Below, one piece after another: positions 55,401 to 64,000 of a DNA stretch of 64,000 bases. This DNA is from Rhodosorus marinus CCMP1338 (taxonomy: Eukaryota > Plantae > Rhodophyta). Position numbers and translations under genes: made by a program. Positions within the stretch are counted from its first letter, which is position 1, and each line of letters starts with the position of its first letter. Location of the stretch: assembly GCA_029953675.1 (NCBI GenBank), contig JAMWBK010000010.1, positions 248,001-312,000 of the forward strand. The letters are read 5' to 3'. Under the pieces are notes generated by a model. The model was not told the DNA's origin and made no database searches. It was given only the letters and a program-made list of their open reading frames with translations.

Positions 55401-56509
55401 AGGAGGGGAGGAACGAAGACCCGACGTTCTAAGCACCAATGCAAGACTGGTTATTGTCTTCCCCAACCCAGGCTCGTCACAGAACAATCCACCACGACAA
55501 TCCTCCAAGTCTTCAAAGGGCACAAGTGAGCCTTGCTTCGTAGCCATGTTCAAGGCATAATCAATCTAGACATCAAGCATGCACAGGCGCGTGAGTAACC
55601 CCAGAAGATTCATCGGAGAGCTACTTTCTTCACACACCTTCAATCCTTCGGCTGTCCCGCTGAATATATGAAGAAGCGGATTTCTCATCTCGCGATTCTC
55701 CTCTCTCTGCATCATCCATTCGACTGCAGCTACCTGATGCGGATACAGTTTTAACCTGAGGACAGAGGAGCGTTTTTCCCGTTAGCGAAAAACGCCTCTA
55801 CCTTATCGCCGTGGATTAAAGTGTGCCTTTTGCTTACTTGAGATATGGTATTGTAGTCTCGGAGATCGACTCGAGGTATCGACAAGTTCCCGCAAACGCC
55901 CTTAATGACCTGGGATCCAAGAACCTTGAAATTTGTCGAAGTGTAGATTCCGGGAGATCCAAAAGGAAAGGTCCCTTCATTCCATTCTTGAGCTTTGCAG
56001 CCTCGTGCAAGGCCAGGTTCTGATAGTTTACAGATCGCTGAGCCGCGAGAACCTCAAGAGGGGATGGAAGCGATTTAAATAATGTGGAGAGATTGAAAGG
56101 CGAATTTTTCGACTGTTTGGGATGGCCTTTGGTCTCCTTGCAGTCAACGCATCCATAAAATCCGCAAACCCCAACGTGAAAGTCAGAACTGAATCCTAGC
56201 CGCGCTAAATGAGATAACTGATTAACGAAGACCAAAGCGCAGAATCATATTCTCAGTTCGTTTCCTCTTTGGAAGCGCCCCTCAGCGGATTGCCAAATCA
56301 AACACTTGAAAGAATAGACTACTCACTACAAAGACCTCCCTCGCCGAGTGCTCACAGGAATCGTGGCTGACATTAACGAACAATTCTGCTCTCTCCCCGT
56401 CCCTACCATCGATTAGTTTACTAACTTCCGAGCTCACCCTTCCTCTCTTCAGTCTACTTATAGCCTCGTGATCCGTGCTCACAGCTACATCCCCCAGCCA
56501 AATTAGCAT
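52401..56509 (-). CDS. F-box + SNF2 ATPase + RING-finger protein (resembles the Arabidopsis At3g54460-type family), full-length copy
   Basis: F-box LLDLPESTLRQISRFLDPRSLRAFAGTCR; LKLYPHQVAAVEWM; Walker A GGLFCDEPGLGKT; IILDEGH; RWVMTGTP; RING CCVC...PCAHLMCAEC...CTQC; helicase C motif DLSFVKYMFIMEPIWDRAMELQVISRAHRLG. Confidence 0.88.
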
Positions 56510-59500
56510 ATTCTCTATTTTACCCCTCCTAGTCCCTCACATAGCTCATAGAAACAATCTCCGAGCTCACAACAGCAGTTCCTTATCCGCATATCCTCCA
56601 CAAAGGTTAAAAGCACAAATAAATAAGCGGAAACCTTCTGCCAAAATTCCTGCCAAAATTCCTGGAGAACCTTCCCCTAAGCTGCTCGTAAGGCATGTCG
56701 ACCCTGCCCGGCAACACGCAAAATGTTTTGCCTACGTGACCATTCGTAACACATCAAGCTCGTTTAGACCACTGTTATAGGAAAACCCAATAAAATCCTA
56801 TAACAACTTCCAAAAATATATTTTATTCATATATGATCGTGTGTGTTAGCTGCACAGAAACTTTGGTGGGTGTAGGCGGTCGCTGTTTCCTCCAGTCACC
56901 CAAACTGGGCCAGTCTAGCCCCACCAACTTGGCCACTTTTACAGCCGCGTGACTGCCAACGTGCTTCGCATGTCAAACTCGATGAGATTGGTGTTATAGG
57001 AAGAACCGGGTGTTTCCTATGAATACGTTAGAGCAAGTAGATTTCTTCATATACGAATTTTTTTCCAGGCGGTTGGTGATGTCGGGCGTTTCCACGTGGG
57101 GTTTCGGTGCAGGTGTCTTAGGGGGGGAGGATGGAAAAGATGATGTGCCGGTGGTCGTCCGTATTCATTTATCGAAGGATGGACTCTTTACAGTGAAAAA
57201 TTGCGCAGTACCGCTAATGAGTCGCTTGCTTTCTGCGCTATGTTGTTGCTGGAACTCCATATGCTTTCTACCTCCATAGGATACTCTATACACCCTCTAG
57301 CAGGGTAGGGAAGGTTTCGGTTGAATTTACGTAGGCTACCGGACTGCTGGAACTCGGTTTTTTTAGAGGGTCACTCACCGTAGAGCATTTCTGGGAACTC
57401 GATAAACTCCGTTCTCCAAATTCCGGCTTGGGAAGGCAACGATTGTGCCACTGAGTTCAGGACCCGGCTTTAGGCGTGCAGGATCAGGCTACTCTGCTCC
57501 ATAGATTCTGAATACAAATAGTGGTGGTAGGATACCGACTCAAAGTCATGAACCTGTACATTCAAAGGTGCCCATTCGTTCGTTCAACATGAGATAGAGC
57601 ACCGTTGAGCCTGACTATTGATCCGTTCTTCCCGAGTGAAGGCTTGATTATCAAGTCTAACTTGGAGCTGAAGCTCGCTTTCGGACACCTATATTAATAA
57701 ATGAAAACGCTCCCGAAAGAAACCAAACACTGCGCGGGCGTGTCCAGAACCACCGTAGAATTATAGGGTCGTGGGATCGCTCTCAATATCATGTTGTGGC
57801 GGTTTGCAACACCGAGCGTCACTCAGTAAATAGAACAATCCAACAATTACGATCCAACTCTTTTATTATCACTCATTGCTGCGCTCATTTTACCCAAGAG
57901 GGTCAATCCCTAGAAGCCAACATCACATGCAGATAATAATGATTGAACTTAAACGTATATGATTGACGTATGTAATTCTATCTTTTTCAATGTTTTACAG
58001 GATCCAATCTCCCATTCAATTTTCTTAAACCAAATCTAGATTTTAAAATTTTGCCAGATTTTTTAAATCCCTTTTCTGCGTAACGGCAGAGTCCAAGCTG
58101 GGTTGATTGGGTTGTGGTTGGGGGTGGTCCGGGTTTGTGGGCAGTGCAGAGTTCCAGAGGGAAGGCGGTAAGCAATCTGTTGTATGGAATCAGATGGATG
58201 AGGTTTGTGACAATTGACTTCTATGAGGTTGGAGACTGCTGGTTGATCTGGGAACCATGGACCCAATGGATGTGGTAAGCAAGTTGGCTGAAAAGGAAGA
58301 AGGGGTCAAGGTTTGCATCCGTGTTCGACCATTGAACGGAGGACATTCTGAAGATGATGAAATCACAGGTATGGTTTACTCTAGATCGATTTTTTTCGAG
58401 TACAACTTCCTCCAACTCACAATTATTGGTTAACCTTCGGTGCAGCCAACGGGTGGACAACATCGGGGGATACTATATCGCATGCGAGCGGCGGCGTTTC
58501 TTTCAATTTTGACAACGTTTTCACACCGCCATGTCGGAATCAGGATTTGTACGACTCTATTGCCTCGTCGATCATCAAATCCGCAGTAGATGGTTTCAAC
58601 GGGGTTATATTTGCATACGGTCAAACTTCCTCCGGCAAGACGCATACAATGTTGGGAAATGAAGGAGACTCTGGCATAACCCCGCTCGCTATCCAGGACG
58701 TGTTTAGACACGTCCTAAAATCAACGGAACGAGAGTTTCTCGTTCGTGTCTCGTACATAGAAATATACAACGAGGTGATTAAGGACTTGCTATGCAAGGG
58801 GCAAGACAACCTCAAGATTCACCAGGACTTCACAGGTAGAGTGTTTGTGGACGCCAGAGAGGAGGTGGTAACTTGCGCTGCAGACGTCCTCGCAATCATG
58901 AATCTTGGGGAGGAGCAGAGAACTTTTGGCGCAACAAACATGAACGAGCGCTCTTCCCGCTCGCATACCATCTTCACAATCCACATCGAGTCAAGAACGA
59001 GGGGTGAACATGTAAATGCCGATGATGGTGTTGCGGTTTGCGCCTCTACCCTTTCTCTGGTGGACCTTGCAGGCTCAGAGAGAGCCAGCCACACCGGGGC
59101 AGAGGGAGTGCGGCTTAAAGAAGGAGGTCATATCAATAAGTCTCTCTTGACTCTGGGAACCGTTATCAACAAGCTCAGTGAAGGCGTCACAGGTCATATT
59201 CCGTACCGCGACTCCAAGCTCACGAGAATCCTGCAACCTGCGCTTGGCGGGAACGCGAGAACTGGGGTAATTTGCGCGATTACGCCGGCCAAGATGCACA
59301 TAGAAGAGTCTATCTCGACTCTCAAGTTTGCTAGCAGAGCAAAATGCGTACAAAACAAGACCTCGAGAATAGAGATATTGGACGATCGGGCTATGCTCCG
59401 TCGATGCCAGAAGGAACTCGAGCACGTCAAGCAAAAACTGGAGCAGACAGGTATACATAGCGATCTTCATCGTATTTTCCGTTAATATTAGACCCTTGAC

Positions 59501-60031
59501 ACAACCATATTGTCAACTAGGATGCGAATCTGCTCTTGAGGATTCGCAGGAGGTGCAAGAGTTGAGACTTCGAATGGAGACGGAGATCGAGAAGTCATCG
59601 GAACTACAAGAAAAGGTGGATAAACTGTCACAGATGATCGTGTCCCACAAAGGTGAACCTGTATCATCGGAACCGGGACAGAAGCGCCCAAGAAGCCGGC
59701 GGAGAGAAACAATCGGTTGTGGAACGAATGAGATCGGAAGGACTAGTCGCAGGGAGGACAACAGTAATTCGGAAAGAATTGGGAGGCTCACAAAAGAGGT
59801 CGTCACAGTTAAGAAGGAGGCAGTGGACGCCATCAAGGAGAAAGAAACGATGCGGCGACATATGGAAGTGCAACGTGAGGCTCTACGCCACGAGCTTGAG
59901 GTAAGGATTTGAAAGAAATTTGTTCACCTTTAATCGGCTTGCGGAGCTGGCAACAGCATCAAGTAACTCTTAGCTCACGTGTGCATTGATAGGCACTGGA
60001 GATGCACGCAGAAGAACTGGAAAGAACGAGA
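54273..60031. repeat. Tandem segmental duplication, copy 1 (5759 bp)
   Basis: aagcgcaccagggacagactccg at 54273 recurs at 60032. All paired ORFs are offset by 5759 (e.g. 54315 and 60074), rising to 5762 after homopolymer differences. Confidence 0.97.
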
Positions 60032-60058
60032 AAGCGCACCAGGGACAGACTCCGTTAG
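58257..60058 (+). CDS. Kinesin-7 (CENP-E-like), copy truncated at the duplication junction
   Basis: VKVCIRVRPL, P-loop FAYGQTSSGKTHTM, switch I NERSSRSH, switch II LVDLAGSE, EGGHINKSLLTLGTVINKLSEG and HIPYRDSKLTRILQPALGGNA. The last exon (from 59993) crosses the junction and stops at TAG 60056-60058. Confidence 0.88.
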
Positions 60059-62268
60059 TTGCACGCAGAAAATTCACAAGAGGTTTGCACTTGATCGCAG
60101 ATTGCTTACGATGTAAGCTTCGTAAGGTCTCTGGATTCCAGCATCCCAAACCTTGGAAGAACTCCCGTAAACGGGATCCTTGATAAAGGTTAGAAGAGGG
60201 AAAAGATGTCTCACGTCCGAATTTGGTGTGCTTGGCGTCGGCGTCCCTGTCATAACCCATCTTCGATCTGCCCGCAAGGAATTGCATACGGTCCTGGGAA
60301 ACCATGATTGATCGACGTTTGATCATGAGGAGGCTGCTTGGTTCCACAACAGAAGCAAAGAACGGGCAAAACAAGTGTAGGAACGATCTAGTCGCTTACT
60401 TGAGATCCGTGGGCCCTATCGAACCTAGCTTATGTCCTTCATCAAGAATGATTCTCAGCCAGTGAACTCGGAGAAGTTGGGAATCTCCAGTCCGCATTTT
60501 CTGATACTCAATAGAAAGTCGATTGAAAGTAGTCACGACCAGGTCCATCTCCGCAAGTAAAGAAGCCGGGTACTTGGCGGTGTTGCCCGAAATTAACAAA
60601 GCCTGGAAAGGGCCGGGGCGGATGTGAAGTTCCTGTTCAATGGAGTGATTTGCGGATGATTTTGTTAGGAAAAATTGATTTTTCACGATGAAGAGGAGGA
60701 TCTTCCAACCAGTCTTGACGTCACCTTTTTCAAGAGAAAGATTTCTCACTTACCATTTGATTTCTCCAATGGTCAACAAGAGTTGACGGCACAACTACTA
60801 GAGTTGCTTTCGATGTATAAACGCCGTGATTGCCCAAATTAGTGTTCGTCGGTGAAGGAAGAGTTGACGGGCCTCTACCGCCGTAAAAGTCTGGTCTCGA
60901 TACCCTTCTCTTTTTTGGTGTGACAAGTTCGTCATCAGTCTATGGACAACGATAACCTCGGAGTTCAGCGGCTTCCGGGGAAGACGATAGGTTCCAAGTT
61001 TTACGAAATTCTTCTAGCTCCAGAGCTGCTTACCGAAGCTCTCCTCCTGCTCCTCGGAGTACTTCGATGAACGCCGATGGCCTCAAACCGTTGTGATTCT
61101 ACTCGGTCAATATCTTCCATGGTCATGTACGTTCCATCATCGAGTATCCTCGAGCTTTGAGGAGGGGAGGAACGAAGACCCGACGTTCTAAGCACCAATG
61201 CAAGACTGGTTATTGTCTTCCCCAACCCAGGCTCGTCACAGAACAATCCACCACGACAATCCTCCAAGTCTTCAAAGGGCACAAGTGAGCCTTGCTTCGT
61301 AGCCATGTTCAAGGCATAATCAATCTAGACATCAAGCATGCACAGGCGCGTGAGTAACCCCAGAAGATTCATCGGAGAGCTACTTTCTTCACACACCTTC
61401 AATCCTTCGGCTGTCCCGCTGAATATATGAAGAAGCGGATTTCTCATCTCGCGATTCTCCTCTCTCTGCATCATCCATTCGACTGCAGCTACCTGATGCG
61501 GATACAGTTTTAACCTGAGGACAGAGGAGCGTTTTTCCCGTTAGCGAAAAACGCCTCTACCTTATCGCCGTGGATTAAAGTGTGCCTTTTGCTTACTTGA
61601 GATATGGTATTGTAGTCTCGGAGATCGACTCGAGGTATCGACAAGTTCCCGCAAACGCCCTTAATGACCTGGGATCCAAGAACCTTGAAATTTGTCGAAG
61701 TGTAGATTCCGGGAGATCCAAAAGGAAAGGTCCCTTCATTCCATTCTTGAGCTTTGCAGCCTCGTGCAAGGCCAGGTTCTGATAGTTTACAGATCGCTGA
61801 GCCGCGAGAACCTCAAGAGGGGATGGAAGCGATTTAAATAATGTGGAGAGATTGAAAGGCGAATTTTTCGACTGTTTGGGATGGCCTTTGGTCTCCTTGC
61901 AGTCAACGCATCCATAAAATCCGCAAACCCCAACGTGAAAGTCAGAACTGAATCCTAGCCGCGCTAAATGAGATAACTGATTAACGAAGACCAAAGCGCA
62001 GAATCATATTCTCAGTTCGTTTCCTCTTTGGAAGCGCCCCTCAGCGGATTGCCAAATCAAACACTTGAAAGAATAGACTACTCACTACAAAGACCTCCCT
62101 CGCCGAGTGCTCACAGGAATCGTGGCTGACATTAACGAACAATTCTGCTCTCTCCCCGTCCCTACCATCGATTAGTTTACTAACTTCCGAGCTCACCCTT
62201 CCTCTCTTCAGTCTACTTATAGCCTCGTGATCCGTGCTCACAGCTACATCCCCCAGCCAAATTAGCAT
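60032..62268 (-). pseudogene. 5' half of the F-box/SNF2 gene (duplicate, lacks the RING and helicase-C parts)
   Basis: Identical F-box, Walker A, DEGH and TGTP exons are present; the downstream exons are replaced by antisense kinesin sequence beyond 60032. Confidence 0.8.
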
Positions 62269-64000
62269 ATTCTCTATTTTACCCCTCCTAGTCCCTCACA
62301 TAGCTCATAGAAACAATCTCCGAGCTCACAACAGCAGTTCCTTATCCGCATATCCTCCACAAAGGTTAAAAGCACAAATAAATAAGCGGAAACCTTCTGC
62401 CAAAATTCCTGCCAAAATTCCTGGAGAACCTTCCCCCTAAGCTGCTCGTAAGGCATGTCGACCCTGCCCGGCAACACGCAAAATGTTTTGCCTACGTGAC
62501 CATTCGTAACACATCAAGCTCGTTTAGACCACTGTTATAGGAAAACCCAATAAAATCCTATAACAACTTCCAAAAATATATTTTATTCATATATGATCGT
62601 GTGTGTTAGCTGCACAGAAACTTTGGTGGGTGTAGGCGGTCGCTGTTTCCTCCAGTCACCCAAACTGGGCCAGTCTAGCCCCACCAACTTGGCCACTTTT
62701 ACAGCCGCGTGACTGCCAACGTGCTTCGCATGTCAAACTCGATGAGATTGGTGTTATAGGAAGAACCGGGTGTTTCCTATGAATACGTTAGAGCAAGTAG
62801 ATTTCTTCATATACGAATTTTTTTCCAGGCGGTTGGTGATGTCGGGCGTTTCCACGTGGGGTTTCGGTGCAGGTGTCTTAGGGGGGGGGAGGATGGAAAA
62901 GATGATGTGCCGGTGGTCGTCCGTATTCATTTATCGAAGGATGGACTCTTTACAGTGAAAAATTGCGCAGTACCGCTAATGAGTCGCTTGCTTTCTGCGC
63001 TATGTTGTTGCTGGAACTCCATATGCTTTCTACCTCCATAGGATACTCTATACACCCTCTAGCAGGGTAGGGAAGGTTTCGGTTGAATTTACGTAGGCTA
63101 CCGGACTGCTGGAACTCGGTTTTTTTAGAGGGTCACTCACCGTAGAGCATTTCTGGGAACTCGATAAACTCCGTTCTCCAAATTCCGGCTTGGGAAGGCA
63201 ACGATTGTGCCACTGAGTTCAGGACCCGGCTTTAGGCGTGCAGGATCAGGCTACTCTGCTCCATAGATTCTGAATACAAATAGTGGTGGTAGGATACCGA
63301 CTCAAAGTCATGAACCTGTACATTCAAAGGTGCCCATTCGTTCGTTCAACATGAGATAGAGCACCGTTGAGCCTGACTATTGATCCGTTCTTCCCGAGTG
63401 AAGGCTTGATTATCAAGTCTAACTTGGAGCTGAAGCTCGCTTTCGGACACCTATATTAATAAATGAAAACGCTCCCGAAAGAAACCAAACACTGCGCGGG
63501 CGTGTCCAGAACCACCGTAGAATTATAGGGTCGTGGGATCGCTCTCAATATCATGTTGTGGCGGTTTGCAACACCGAGCGTCACTCAGTAAATAGAACAA
63601 TCCAACAATTACGATCCAACTCTTTTATTATCACTCATTGCTGCGCTCATTTTACCCAAGAGGGTCAATCCCTAGAAGCCAACATCACATGCAGATAATA
63701 ATGATTGAACTTAAACGTATATGATTGACGTATGTAATTCTATCTTTTTCAATGTTTTACAGGATCCAATCTCCCATTCAATTTTCTTAAACCAAATCTA
63801 GATTTTAAAATTTTGCCAGATTTTTTAAATCCCTTTTCTGCGTAACGGCAGAGTCCAAGCTGGGTTGATTGGGTTGTGGTTGGGGGTGGTCCGGGTTTGT
63901 GGGCAGTGCAGAGTTCCAGAGGGAAGGCGGTAAGCAATCTGTTGTATGGAATCAGATGGATGAGGTTTGTGACAATTGACTTCTATGAGGTTGGAGACTG
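60032..64000. repeat. Tandem segmental duplication, copy 2 (continues past the window end)
   Basis: Matches 54273-58238 apart from homopolymer differences I could see (C4 vs C5 near 62433; G7 vs G9 near 62881). Confidence 0.97.

Overview
Eukaryotic nuclear DNA, gene-dense, with many short (about 50-120 nt) spliceosomal GT-AG introns and CTAAC/CTGAC branch points. The ORF track is therefore fragmentary, and many of its starts are TTG/GTG artefacts. Gene content and N-terminal 'GF' plastid transit peptides suggest a unicellular red alga (inference, not certain). About 20 genes can be supported: GINS4/SLD5, DHCR7/DWF5, ureidoglycolate amidohydrolase, a Slo/BK-like K+ channel, a Yip1-family protein, a plastid DnaJ-type zinc-finger protein, a plastid GNAT, VPS29, organellar LeuRS, a Hedgehog-type Hint protein, a SMYD methyltransferase, plastid ClpP, TFIIH p62, SEC12, an ACT-domain phenylalanine hydroxylase, plastid-targeted GPI, an F-box/SNF2/RING helicase, kinesin-7 and two small hypothetical proteins. 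The right end carries a near-identical 5759-bp tandem duplication (junction at 60031/60032) that truncates a kinesin-7 copy and a SNF2 copy. I found no rRNA, tRNA, CRISPR array or recognisable transposon. The most interesting items are the degenerate Hint locus, the duplication junction, the charge-less S4 Slo channel, the apparently mitochondrial ACT-PAH, a KEN/D-box orphan protein and a ~180-bp tandem repeat. All family calls come from motif recognition by eye; no database searches were run.
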